Assembly (NCBI GenBank): GCA_947629275.1
Contig: CANRDG010000001.1
Location: 1-38,730 of the forward strand
DNA length: 38,730 nucleotides
Direction of reading: 5' to 3'
From: an uncultured Clostridia bacterium
GTDB taxonomy: Bacteria; Bacillota; Clostridia; Oscillospirales; Ruminococcaceae
The position numbers were made by a program, and so were the translations under genes. Numbering within the stretch: the first letter of the stretch is position 1; the number at the start of each line of letters is the position of its first letter. This document shows, piece after piece, positions 22,187-31,196 of this stretch. Under the pieces are notes generated by a model that saw only the letters and a program-made list of their open reading frames with translations, did not search any database and had not been told where the DNA came from.

Positions 22187-24424
22187 TCAACAAGCTTTAA
22201 TTCCCACATTTTTGCCCTCTTTCCAAAAGCCGCCATGTTCTGAAATACGATTAAGAACTGTCTTCTCACTCACGCCCATGTACTCGGCTAAGTCACTTGT
22301 GGTACATTGACCGTTCTCGGCTACGGCATAAAAGGCAGTCTCGACAGATTTCTTCCTGTCCTCTTGGCGCTGCTCGTTACTTTTGCGCTTGTCAAAGTTC
22401 TTTCCCCAAGGTGAGCCTTTGGCAGTTGTTTTCGGCTGCGTACCCTCAAAGCCTAGGTCTTTAAGAGAGCCTGTGTCGTCTATGCGGTGTATCGGGTAGT
22501 CAAACCATAAGTTTATAGGCTCAAACTTCGGAAACTCTCGCAGCGTGCCCTCTACTCGCCACGCCGTGCGACCGCTCATGCCGTGCTTGGCTCTGTCTAT
22601 CTCGTCTATCATCAATTTGTACGACTTAAGCGATAATATCTCTCGTGCCTTTTCCGTCATTACAGATGCAGACTGCATATCGTCCTGCGATAGATCCGGA
22701 TCGCCGTCAAATCGGCATATCCATTCGCGGCAGATACGGCAAGTCAGCTTGTTTTCTTCTTGCTTCTTTAAGCTGTCTGTAATTTCGAGCTCGGCAAAGT
22801 CGAGAAGCGCATCAGGATCGCGCGCGAATACTCCCGAGCCCGAAGCTCTGTCCATAGACCTTTTCGCACCCTGCAATCCCTTAGAGTGATGGTGGCAGTA
22901 TATGACCGCACACCCAAGCTCGTTGCACACGCTGTCAAAGTAATTGCAGAATTTTGACATATGTTCCGCGCTGTTTTCGTCGCCCGTCAGCATCTTGTAT
23001 ATTGGGTCAAAGATAATTGCAATATAGCCGCGCTTTTTGGCACGGTGTATAAGCTTTGGTGCAAGCTTGTCCATGGGCGCACTGTGACCGCGCAAGTTTA
23101 GTATATCTATTTTATCAAAGTTATCGACTTTGTAGCCGAGGGCATCGTATACGTCCTTAAAACGGTGCATACATGATGCGCCGTCAAGCTCCAAGTTTAC
23201 ATACAGCACCTTACCTTGTGCGCAGTTAAATCCCAGCCATTTCTCACCCTCTGCAATAGCTATGCAGAGCGATATAAGCGCAAATGACTTGCCGGCTTTA
23301 GAAGGCCCTGCGACAAGCAGCTTGTGCCCTTGTCTTAGCACACCGTCAATAAGCGGCGGTGCAAGCTTGGGCATATGCTGCCATACGTCGGCAAGGCACA
23401 CTGTGTCGGGCAGATCATCATTGATAGCCGCTATGTAGTCATACCACTCCTGCCAGCTGCGCTTGCCTATGTGACTGTCGACTATAAACTGCTTACGCTC
23501 GCCGCGCTCTATTCCCGGCAGGCGTGAGAGCCTTGACGGATTGCGGCAGCTTTTGTCTACATAAAGCCCGTTCTTGCGGCATACGCCAAAAAGATAGTCT
23601 ACTCGCTTGTGGTACTCGTTAAGATCAGGCGCATCTATATGCACTATAGCGTGCAGGCTCTTGCCGCCTGTATATACAAGCATAGCGACAGGCAGCTCTA
23701 AATCTCTTATAAGCGCGTTCTGCTCTTCAAGCGCCATGTTGTCACTCTCAACAAGCGCGTATCTGTAGTCGGTTACATTCTCGTCTTTAACGCCCCTGCC
23801 GTCAAGAGGATTAAAGCGGATCCATGCGCCTGCCTCTTTTTTGTAGTCGCCAAGCACCGCGCCTATATCGCCGCCGCACTTACGCAGCTCTTTAATAAGC
23901 TCTCCTGCCGTGCGGTCGTAGCTGCCTCTGTTCGGCAAGTGCTTTACAGTGCCGTCGTCGCTCTGCTTTTCCCACGTTTCTGTTACATAGCCGACATGGT
24001 CGTCTTTATCAAACAGCGTTTCGAGATATGTAATTATCTGCTCGGCAGGATTCCACACCGTAGGCTCTTTAACGGGTATGCCCTCGCCTGTCAGCGGCGC
24101 GGAGAGCGTTTCTTCCTCGGCGGTAATGACGTCATTCCAGTCATAGGCAAGCGGCGCAGGGCGTTTGAACTCAAAGCCTCTGTCTTTTGCCATTTGTACG
24201 ATAGTACCTGCCGTTACCGGCGAGGCAGATCCGCCGAAGGTGTTCCACTTGCTCTGACATTCGCCGGCATGAAAGCGACGTGCATCACGCCTCGACCAGT
24301 TTTCCCAGTCGGTGCAGGAGTACCCCTCATGTTTGAGCGCCATACCGACGTTTATCCACTCTTGATAGTCGCAGTCGGCAGGGTCTATGTGGTCTAATAT
24401 ATCAGTAAGTTTAATATTATCCAT
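22187..24424 (-). CDS. Primase-helicase: PriCT-2-like N-terminus + AEP-type primase core + AAA_25/RepA-like ATPase + C-terminal HTH
   Basis: N-terminal W-NVGMALKHEG...W-WS...KW; a primase-like segment VESD...GGKSLHAIVHID; Walker A GPSKAGKSF; C-terminal HTH TTSDLAEYMGVSEKTVLNRI. Confidence 0.75.
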   Translation of the reverse strand: MDNIKLTDILDHIDPADCDYQEWINVGMALKHEGYSCTDWENWSRRDARRFHAGECQSKWNTFGGSASPVTAGTIVQMAKDRGFEFKRPAPLAYDWNDVITAEEETLSAPLTGEGIPVKEPTVWNPAEQIITYLETLFDKDDHVGYVTETWEKQSDDGTVKHLPNRGSYDRTAGELIKELRKCGGDIGAVLGDYKKEAGAWIRFNPLDGRGVKDENVTDYRYALVESDNMALEEQNALIRDLELPVAMLVYTGGKSLHAIVHIDAPDLNEYHKRVDYLFGVCRKNGLYVDKSCRNPSRLSRLPGIERGERKQFIVDSHIGKRSWQEWYDYIAAINDDLPDTVCLADVWQHMPKLAPPLIDGVLRQGHKLLVAGPSKAGKSFALISLCIAIAEGEKWLGFNCAQGKVLYVNLELDGASCMHRFKDVYDALGYKVDNFDKIDILNLRGHSAPMDKLAPKLIHRAKKRGYIAIIFDPIYKMLTGDENSAEHMSKFCNYFDSVCNELGCAVIYCHHHSKGLQGAKRSMDRASGSGVFARDPDALLDFAELEITDSLKKQEENKLTCRICREWICRFDGDPDLSQDDMQSASVMTEKAREILSLKSYKLMIDEIDRAKHGMSGRTAWRVEGTLREFPKFEPINLWFDYPIHRIDDTGSLKDLGFEGTQPKTTAKGSPWGKNFDKRKSNEQRQEDRKKSVETAFYAVAENGQCTTSDLAEYMGVSEKTVLNRISEHGGFWKEGKNVGIKAC

Positions 24425-24428
24425 ACGC

Positions 24429-26009
24429 TCACGCTCCTATATATGTCGCAGGGTCAATGTCATACGGTATGCGCCAGCCGTTTGAGGCTATGCGGTCAAT
24501 AAGCTTTTTTGCTGTATCAAACTGCCAGTTACCAACGTGCTTAAAGCCTCGCGATTCCAAAAAGCGTATCTGCTTGGGTGTAGTCATACCCATAGATCTG
24601 CGGTTGGCGAGCCTGTCAAGTATAAGCTGCGCCTTGCCTGCCGTTTCTATCTCGTCGGGGTATATGCCATACTTTTCGAGAGCAGCTTTCTGTTTTTCAG
24701 ATGCAGGCGACATCTCCCAGCCGAATGCAGGCTGATATGATGACAGATCTTCCGCTTGTATGCTCATCTCGTATTGCAGAGGATCTACCAGTTTTCTCTT
24801 TCGCATACGCATTTCAGCGAGCATATTGGCAAGTGCTTCTTCGCGCTTAGCCACAACGTCTTCGCTGGCTTTTTCTTCTGCTTCTGTAATGTCTACTGGT
24901 TCGGAAGTCTCGGAAAGGTTTTCGGTCATTTGTGCCGCTACCTCTGCGCTCTCACAAATAAGAGATGCAGGGCGGCAAAGCTCATGGCGTTCGGTATGCC
25001 ATAAAAAATCAAGTAATAGCAAGTGGTCTTTGCCCTCGCAGAGCCTTGTGCCGCGCCCTACCATTTGGCAGTACAGGCTTCTGACCTTAGTCGGGCGCAG
25101 AACTATAATACAGTCTACCGAGGGGCAGTCCCAGCCCTCTGTCAGCAGCATAGAGTTGCACAGCACATTATATTTGCCGCTTTCAAAGTCAGAGATCACC
25201 TGCGCCCTGTCGTCGCTGTTACCGTTGACTTCGGCAGCTTTAAAGCCTTTTGAATTGAGTATCTCTTTGAATTTTTGTGATGTCTTTATCAGCGGCAGGA
25301 ATACAACAGTTTTACGGTCTTTACAGTAATTCAGCATCTCGTCGGCGATCTGATACAGATACGGATCGAGAGCATTGTCAATGTCGCTTGCACGAAAATC
25401 GCCTGCCTGCACGCTTACGCCCGAAAGGTCAAGCTTTAGCGGAATAGTCTGCGCTTTTATCGGCGACAAATAGCCCTCTTTGATTGCTTTCGGCAGGGTA
25501 TATTCATAGGCAAGACTGTCAAATATCTGCCCGAGATTTCTCATGTCGCCCCTGTCGGGCGTGGCTGTTACACCTAGTATTTTAGCGTTAGAAAAATGCT
25601 CTGTAACTTTTTGATAGCTGTCCGAAATAGCATGGTGCGCCTCATCTATAATTATTGTATCAAAGTAGTTTCTTGAAAATTGTGCAAGCCGCTTGTCGCG
25701 CATCAGCGACTGCACCGAGCCGACAACGATCCTGTACCAGCTGCCTTGGCAGCTTTCTTCAGCTTTTTCTACAGCGCAGCCCAGCCCTGTAGCCTGCATT
25801 ATCTTGTCGGCAGCCTGTGTAAGCAGCTCGCCTCGGTGAGCAAGTATAAGCACTCGCTCACCGTTTCTGACTAGGTCTTCGGAAAGCTTAGCAAAAACTA
25901 TCGTCTTGCCGCAGCCGGTCGGCAGCACAAGCAGCGTTCTCTTGTGTCCGCTTTCCCACTCGCGCATGATAGCCTCTTTCGCCTCGCTTTGATATGTACG
26001 CAGTTCCAT
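24429..26009 (-). CDS. SF2 (DEAD/DEAH-like) helicase
   Basis: Motif I LPTGCGKT, motif II IIDEAHH, motif III VTATP and motif VI QMVGRGTR. The C-terminal ~100 aa carry two similar KQ--LE--G...A--LIDR modules. Confidence 0.85.
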   Translation of the reverse strand: MELRTYQSEAKEAIMREWESGHKRTLLVLPTGCGKTIVFAKLSEDLVRNGERVLILAHRGELLTQAADKIMQATGLGCAVEKAEESCQGSWYRIVVGSVQSLMRDKRLAQFSRNYFDTIIIDEAHHAISDSYQKVTEHFSNAKILGVTATPDRGDMRNLGQIFDSLAYEYTLPKAIKEGYLSPIKAQTIPLKLDLSGVSVQAGDFRASDIDNALDPYLYQIADEMLNYCKDRKTVVFLPLIKTSQKFKEILNSKGFKAAEVNGNSDDRAQVISDFESGKYNVLCNSMLLTEGWDCPSVDCIIVLRPTKVRSLYCQMVGRGTRLCEGKDHLLLLDFLWHTERHELCRPASLICESAEVAAQMTENLSETSEPVDITEAEEKASEDVVAKREEALANMLAEMRMRKRKLVDPLQYEMSIQAEDLSSYQPAFGWEMSPASEKQKAALEKYGIYPDEIETAGKAQLILDRLANRRSMGMTTPKQIRFLESRGFKHVGNWQFDTAKKLIDRIASNGWRIPYDIDPATYIGA

Positions 26010-26011
26010 AC

Positions 26012-26476
26012 TTAAAACCTTCCTGCTGTCCAGCCTGATGCCGCAGGCGCGTTTGCTTCGTCATAGTCGTAAAAACGCTTTATGCGATTGGCCTTCCCCT
26101 CTGTGCCGTCTTTCTTGATATACGTTTCTACGACCACCTTGCACTTGCCTTTCTTGCCGATAATGTTCCAGTTCATTTTCAGCGGCTCACCGTGCTTTTT
26201 CATGCCGAGAGATAAAAACAATTGCGACAGCTTCCATTCAAAGTTTGAAAGCAGGAAAAATCCCTCTTCTATACTTACAGTGCCCTCGCTGCCCGTCACC
26301 TCAAAAGTGACCATAGCCCTGTTACAAGGCGGCACTTTTTCTGATCCGTTGTAACGTGTTCTTACAACTTTTTTGACTGTGTATTCATAGTCGCCGTCGG
26401 GCAGCAGCACAAACTCGCCGCCCTCATTTTTTATCTGATCTTCCCAGCCATAGGCTACAACATTTTCCGTGTTCAT
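26012..26476 (-). CDS. DUF669-family phage protein
   Basis: 154 aa, between the AAA_24 ATPase and the helicase, as in many Firmicutes phages. The sequence pattern (DGDYEYTV...FEV...W) resembles DUF669. Confidence 0.6.
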   Translation of the reverse strand: MNTENVVAYGWEDQIKNEGGEFVLLPDGDYEYTVKKVVRTRYNGSEKVPPCNRAMVTFEVTGSEGTVSIEEGFFLLSNFEWKLSQLFLSLGMKKHGEPLKMNWNIIGKKGKCKVVVETYIKKDGTEGKANRIKRFYDYDEANAPAASGWTAGRF

Positions 26477-26491
26477 TGTTCATTACTCCTT

Positions 26492-27586
26492 TCAATCAAA
26501 TGGATTTTCTTGGTTTTCTTTTATCATTTTGTAAACATCGTTCCAGCAGGCTATAAGCACGCCGCTTATAAAGCGCTCGTCATATCTGCTTACGGGCATA
26601 TCCTGTGGGTAGTAGCCTTTAAGGCTGACCGCAAGTCTGATGTCCTCTTCGCTTACCCTGTACTCCTGCATAAGGTCTTTCAGCGGTTTCGGCAGTTCTT
26701 CGGGAATATTCAGCGGCGTAACGTCTTCAAAGTCTGACAGATCACCGACTACATTTACATCGGTCTGTACCGGTGCAGGCGCAGGCTGCTCTACAGCACG
26801 CTCAATAACACGTTCGGGCGCTTTCGTCTCGGTCGGTGTATCTTCAAAAAGATGTGCTATGTACTTGTATTCAAGCGGCAGCTCATCAGGCAGCCCGAAG
26901 CGGTTCTTTGCATCCCAACAAGCACGCCGTGTCGTATACATAACTCTTTTGCACTCGTTATTATTTGCCTTTAACTTTTTGCCGTCCTTGTCCAAAGCGA
27001 TCACTTCTGTCTTAAAATTCAAAAACAGAACTATATCCGCCCATTCTTTGACGATCGGTGCGATCTTGTTAGTGGTCTTGTCGCCGAGCTTCAGTTCCCA
27101 GCGGTCATATCCTGCGCCCATTTCTTCGGGTTGGTCAAATTTCTTGACTTTCGCGTGTGCTATAAGTACCACATTTATGCCGCTATCCACGACCTCTTGC
27201 AGAAGGTCAAGAAACTTGTCGAATTTTTCCTTTTCGTACTGCCAACCATTCCCGTAACCAAATTCCTCTATACCTGTTTTTTTGTACTTAGCGCACAGTT
27301 CGGCTATGCACATTCTCTCTGCCCAGTCAATTGTGTCTATGACAAGAGTTTTGCAGCGTTTCAGTTGCCTTTCCTGCTCGATATTTTCACAAAGCAAAGT
27401 CCAGCTGGTGGGTGTTGGCAGTCTGTCCACGTCAAGGGCTGATGTGCCGCCCTCAACGTCTATAAATATCGGGTCGGGAAATTGTGCCGCAAATGTTGAC
27501 TTGCCTATGCCCTCTACGCCATATATGACGACTTTCTTTGCCTTTTTCTGCTTGCCTCTTACAAGCCCTGCTGTGTTTGTTATCAT
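26492..27586 (-). CDS. AAA_24 / Sak4-like RecA-fold ATPase with a C-terminal extension
   Basis: Start re-set to MITNTAG (TGATG overlap with the upstream stop). Walker A YGVEGIGKST, Walker B TLVIDTID. Confidence 0.75.
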   Translation of the reverse strand: MITNTAGLVRGKQKKAKKVVIYGVEGIGKSTFAAQFPDPIFIDVEGGTSALDVDRLPTPTSWTLLCENIEQERQLKRCKTLVIDTIDWAERMCIAELCAKYKKTGIEEFGYGNGWQYEKEKFDKFLDLLQEVVDSGINVVLIAHAKVKKFDQPEEMGAGYDRWELKLGDKTTNKIAPIVKEWADIVLFLNFKTEVIALDKDGKKLKANNNECKRVMYTTRRACWDAKNRFGLPDELPLEYKYIAHLFEDTPTETKAPERVIERAVEQPAPAPVQTDVNVVGDLSDFEDVTPLNIPEELPKPLKDLMQEYRVSEEDIRLAVSLKGYYPQDMPVSRYDERFISGVLIACWNDVYKMIKENQENPFD

Positions 27587-28854
27587 CAGAATGTACCTTC
27601 CTTCCATGTTTTTTGAGTTTCTGTATTAGCGCCGTTGACGTATGATGTGCCGTCCTCGATAATGATACTGCACTCGTCGCCGGTCGATACCCTTGTGGCT
27701 ATAGCCTGTAAGCCCTCGCCGCTCAGCCACTCGCCGAAGCTTTGCAGCGTATCGGTGTCCAGCTGCTCAAGCTTGTCCAGCAATACAAAGCCACACTCGG
27801 GGTTAAGCTTACGCACGATAGATGTCGCCACAATAAGCTGCTCTGATCCGCTCATGCAGTCCCACTTCTGCCCCTTGTATACAAGCTCTCCCTCTTCGAC
27901 GGTCAGTCCCTCTAGAGGCATATTCGCGTTGTCGAGCAGCCTGCGCTTTGCAGCCCTTGTGCCCTCAATGTCGGCAGTAAGTTCGTCGTACTGCTTGCTG
28001 TATTTTTCGGCATCGATTTCTGCCTTTTCTCTTTCGAGGTTGGCATATATCTTTTTGTTTGTTTCCTCAATGTCTGCAAGGCTCTTTTCTATCTCGGCGG
28101 TGCTCTCATCTTTAAGAGCAGCCACCGTTTTGTTGGCGGTCACATACTCGTTTTCAAGGCGAGAGATCTCCTGCTTCAGCTTCAGCATCTCGGTCTGTGC
28201 CTGCTTTAACCGCTGTTCTGTCTCCTGTTTCTGATCCCTCAGCCGTTGGTTCTCGCCGTTCTTGGCAAGTATCTGCTGCTGTCTAAGTATGAGTTCTGAT
28301 GCCGATATAGGCTCTAGCGGCATACCTGCGTACACCGGCATTTCTTTGGCGTATTTTTTCTTTTGGTCTGCAATTCTGCCGACCACCGTGCGCTGGTCGT
28401 ATAAACTCTTTTCTTCGACTTCAAGCTGATACAACTTATCTCCAACGCCTATTATTTTCAGCAGCGTTTCGGCTTTTTCTTTGTTGGTCTGACCGAGAAA
28501 CTTCGGCAGGTTCAGCGCAAGCTTTTCCACGAAGCTGTTGAGCAGGTTCTGACCGCCCTTGTTGCCGCTCGGGTCTATGACCTTTAAGCTGCTGTTCTTG
28601 CCCGACCGCTCAACGACTATGCCGTTATCGAGGGTCAGCCGCATATACGGCTCTGCGTAAGCGCCGTCGCGCTTGGGGTTGGAAGGCTTAAAGTTATCGC
28701 CGCCCAGCGCCCAGCTTATTGCATCCAGCACCGATGACTTGCCCTGTGAGTTCTTGCCGCCTATCACTGTCAGTCCGTTCTTTGCCGGCGTGAGCTGCAC
28801 CGCCTTAATGCGCTTGACGTTCTCAATTTCAAGCGTGGTGATTTTTGTTGACAT
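27586..28854 (-). CDS. SMC/Rad50/RecF-like ATPase (AAA_23 type) with a central coiled coil
   Basis: N-terminal IENVKRIKAV...GGKNSQGKSSVLDAI (Walker A), a long heptad-rich middle section, and C-terminal LSGSEQ...FVLLDKLEQLD (signature and Walker B). Confidence 0.75.
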   Translation of the reverse strand: MSTKITTLEIENVKRIKAVQLTPAKNGLTVIGGKNSQGKSSVLDAISWALGGDNFKPSNPKRDGAYAEPYMRLTLDNGIVVERSGKNSSLKVIDPSGNKGGQNLLNSFVEKLALNLPKFLGQTNKEKAETLLKIIGVGDKLYQLEVEEKSLYDQRTVVGRIADQKKKYAKEMPVYAGMPLEPISASELILRQQQILAKNGENQRLRDQKQETEQRLKQAQTEMLKLKQEISRLENEYVTANKTVAALKDESTAEIEKSLADIEETNKKIYANLEREKAEIDAEKYSKQYDELTADIEGTRAAKRRLLDNANMPLEGLTVEEGELVYKGQKWDCMSGSEQLIVATSIVRKLNPECGFVLLDKLEQLDTDTLQSFGEWLSGEGLQAIATRVSTGDECSIIIEDGTSYVNGANTETQKTWKEGTF

Positions 28855-28894
28855 TTTTACATTCTCCTTTACAAATTAGTTTTTAGTATCTTTT

Positions 28895-29143
28895 TTATTT
28901 GTTCTCACCACTTTCATTTATTTCACCTCCTGCCATGTCGGCAATACTGCTTATATTCAGCCGATTGTTTGTCCTGCATATCGGGTATACGCGTGAGCAC
29001 TTAGTACAATCAAGACTTACCACCCAGCCCCAGTTAGGAGAGAACTTGCCGTACTGCTCCGCCTCTTCACTCATGCCGTCAAATCCTACAGAAAGTTCAA
29101 GCTCTGCTCCACATTCAGGGCATTTTAAATGTTTTATTCTCAT
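28895..29143 (-). CDS. Hypothetical zinc-ribbon protein (82 aa)
   Basis: CPEC...CTKC Cys4 pattern. Its start overlaps the upstream micro-ORF stop (ATGA). Confidence 0.55.
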   Translation of the reverse strand: MRIKHLKCPECGAELELSVGFDGMSEEAEQYGKFSPNWGWVVSLDCTKCSRVYPICRTNNRLNISSIADMAGGEINESGENK

Positions 29144-29241
29144 TTTTTCACTCCTTTTCGATATGATTTTATATACGCAGAGACTGCTGTTTGTATGTTT
29201 TCCGTTGCGATCTTTAATGCACGCTTTTCAACGGTGTCCAT
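29140..29241 (-). CDS. Hypothetical micro-ORF (33 aa)
   Basis: My own translation: MDTVEKRALKIATENIQTAVSAYIKSYRKGVKK. It is chained by TAATG and ATGA overlaps to its neighbours. Below the ORF-track cutoff. Confidence 0.3.
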   Translation of the reverse strand: MDTVEKRALKIATENIQTAVSAYIKSYRKGVKK

Positions 29242-29378
29242 TACTCCACTTCCTCTTCAAGATATTTTCTAACCGCATCTGCGCAATCCTCGTTTTGCTG
29301 ATTTTTGCAAGTGTCTCTCAGATAACAATAATCACAAGAGAAAGGCGGTATCAGATTGCCGGCGATTTCAGCCGCCAT
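29241..29378 (-). CDS. Hypothetical Cys-rich micro-ORF (45 aa)
   Basis: My own translation: MAAEIAGNLIPPFSCDYCYLRDTCKNQQNEDCADAVRKYLEEEVE. Weak, closely spaced SD (GAGG). Confidence 0.3.
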   Translation of the reverse strand: MAAEIAGNLIPPFSCDYCYLRDTCKNQQNEDCADAVRKYLEEEVE

Positions 29379-29406
29379 TTCCTCAATAGTGGCATCTTTT
29401 AGCTTT

Positions 29407-29676
29407 TCAAAACGTGTTATTTCTTGTCACCTCTTTCAGCATTTCGGGGTCGTCGTAAATGTTACCGATTACTTCTAATCTAAAATTTGAATAAATAAAA
29501 TATTGGTGCTTTTTGAGTTTCTTACTCGTCCGCATGAACGCGAGTATATCAGTATTGAAGTAAATCACGCCAACATCAAACTCATTTGGAAAAACATCGT
29601 TATTAAAATGCTTGACGATATCACCTTCAAATATTTTTTTGTCATTGATATCGTTGATTCCTATATACTGCCCCAC
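29407..29676 (-). CDS. YopX-family protein, N-terminally shortened
   Basis: KIFEGDIV and the C-terminal GNIYDDPEML match the YopX signature. GTG start with no SD. The ORF begins where full-length YopX proteins are already about 40 aa in. Confidence 0.6.
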   Translation of the reverse strand: MGQYIGINDINDKKIFEGDIVKHFNNDVFPNEFDVGVIYFNTDILAFMRTSKKLKKHQYFIYSNFRLEVIGNIYDDPEMLKEVTRNNTF

Positions 29677-29862
29677 TGTTTCGGGTCAACGTCCCAGACG
29701 TTCTCGCAGTAATGCTTTTGTGGTCGGGTGGTTTGCCTTGTGCATTGCTATTGCATCAGGGTCATGGTTGATAGCTATATCAACGCTTCTGCCCGTTGCC
29801 ATAGATATGCCCGTGGAAGCTCCACCGCCGCCTGCAAAGTTATCAACTATTAGTTCTTTTAT
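29677..29862 (-). pseudogene. Remnant of a DNA (cytosine-5) methyltransferase (N-terminal ~65 codons only)
   Basis: My own translation: (ATA)KELIVDNFAGGGGASTGISMATGRSVDIAINHDPDAIAMHKANHPTTK, with motif I FAGGGG. SD AAGGGGGAG is intact, but the start position holds ATA. After an A4 run (29716..29719) the homologous reading HYCENVWDVDPKQ continues in another frame. All downstream catalytic motifs are absent. Confidence 0.75.
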
Positions 29863-29875
29863 TTTTTACTCCCCC

Positions 29876-30706
29876 TTATTCAAATAAACTTATCTGCGCC
29901 CAGTGTTCTTTTTCTTTGAGAATATTCCAATAAAAACGATTGCTACTATCTATAACACCTGAATCTTCTAAAGCAAAACGCTTGTCAAAGTCGTGTACAG
30001 AGTGTCCGTCAGGTTTGAAATGTACAGGGCTGTCGCTATCCCATTTCAAAAGCAATTGCCATAAGTCGGGGTAGTTCTTGCGCAATAACCGTAATTGCTG
30101 AATCCCCTGATTGTGGCAAAACCAGCAACCGCCCCGTGTAGCTGTGGTGTATATAGGAGATAACAGGTCGTTTTCCTCACACCATTTTCGGCAGTCGGCT
30201 TCTGTCCAGTTTGCAAGAACTAAAGGACTAATTTTACAATCGTTCAAACTATGAAAGCGATTAGGCTCATCGGCAGCTATTCCGATATAATCATAACGCT
30301 CTTTACCGTCTGTGCATTTAATACTATTTATAGCATTAAGCTTTAATTTGTTACACCAATTGCCTTTTATCAACGGAAAGCCTTTAACTTTTCCAACATA
30401 TTTGCCTTTTATGCGTTTACTGAAAAAGCATTTCTCATAAGTCATTTTGTCGCTTGTATAACCGTCAACTTTTGTAGCAACAATGTGTTCTACATTTATG
30501 CCCCAACGTTCCTTGATAATGCGATCCGCCTTAGCCTTAAACTCTTGCATAGGCGGCAGATCTGCCGATATAGTATCTGTCGCCCATACTTCCGCATGGA
30601 CTATTCTGTCAAGCGGCAGACCCAGCTTTTCTATCGCGCCTAAGCAAGCAAGGCTGTCCTTGCCGTAAGAAAGGCTGAGTATGTACTCTTTATTCTGATT
30701 TCTCAT
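29876..30706 (-). CDS. PAPS-reductase-family (PP-loop) protein
   Basis: N-terminal LSLSYGKDS is a variant of the PP-loop SGGKDS motif. C-terminal GGCWFC Cys motif. It overlaps the upstream methyltransferase gene by 17 nt. Confidence 0.7.
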   Translation of the reverse strand: MRNQNKEYILSLSYGKDSLACLGAIEKLGLPLDRIVHAEVWATDTISADLPPMQEFKAKADRIIKERWGINVEHIVATKVDGYTSDKMTYEKCFFSKRIKGKYVGKVKGFPLIKGNWCNKLKLNAINSIKCTDGKERYDYIGIAADEPNRFHSLNDCKISPLVLANWTEADCRKWCEENDLLSPIYTTATRGGCWFCHNQGIQQLRLLRKNYPDLWQLLLKWDSDSPVHFKPDGHSVHDFDKRFALEDSGVIDSSNRFYWNILKEKEHWAQISLFE

Positions 30707-31196
30707 TTTTATGATTTTTGGGTTTCATAAACACCATCCAATGCGTATTCATCTGCTTGCCTGTTCGCTGCCCAAGCAGCGGAGTATAAGGCGACAGCGG
30801 CAGTATATCTTTAAGCGGAATTTGGATTTCACTCCATTTGAAAATAAGTATTCCGTCGTCGTCTAGCACTCGAAAACATTCCATAAAGCCTTTCTGTATC
30901 ATGGTCTGCCAATCTCCCTCAAGACGACCGTATTTAAGTTTCAGCCAACTGTTTTCACCGCATTTCGTGAGGTGTGGTGGATCGAATATGACCAGTTTAA
31001 ATGACTTATCATCAAACGGCAGAGCCGTAAAATCGCATATGGTGTCGGGTGATATCTCGATGTATCTGTTTGGGTAAAACTCATGTCGAGGCACTTGCCG
31101 TATGTCGCAGAACTCGACATCAGAATTGTTTTTATCAAAATAAAACATTTTCGCACCACAGCATACGTCAAGCACACGTTTGTTAGGCTTTTTCAT
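30690..31196 (-). CDS. Small SAM-dependent methyltransferase with a DPPH motif (probable N6A/N4C DNA methyltransferase)
   Basis: Motif I VLDVCCGAKMF, then motif IV IFDPPH about 50 aa later. SD GAGAGG. The DNA rather than RNA target is inferred from context. Confidence 0.65.
   Translation of the reverse strand: MKKPNKRVLDVCCGAKMFYFDKNNSDVEFCDIRQVPRHEFYPNRYIEISPDTICDFTALPFDDKSFKLVIFDPPHLTKCGENSWLKLKYGRLEGDWQTMIQKGFMECFRVLDDDGILIFKWSEIQIPLKDILPLSPYTPLLGQRTGKQMNTHWMVFMKPKNHKNEKSE

Noticed and set aside
21913-22200. 95-aa + strand ORF (MKYYLGFFREKISIKLSIF...)
   Set aside because: It lies entirely within the palindromic repeat array. Its low-complexity Phe/Leu/Arg/Lys/Glu composition simply mirrors the repeats. 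It has no SD and runs opposite to all neighbouring genes.
24457-25329. Several + strand ORFs (up to 189 aa) antisense to the SF2 helicase
   Set aside because: The helicase frame carries all conserved SF2 motifs. The antisense ORFs are Ser/Leu/Arg-rich artefacts typical of the opposite strand of coding DNA.
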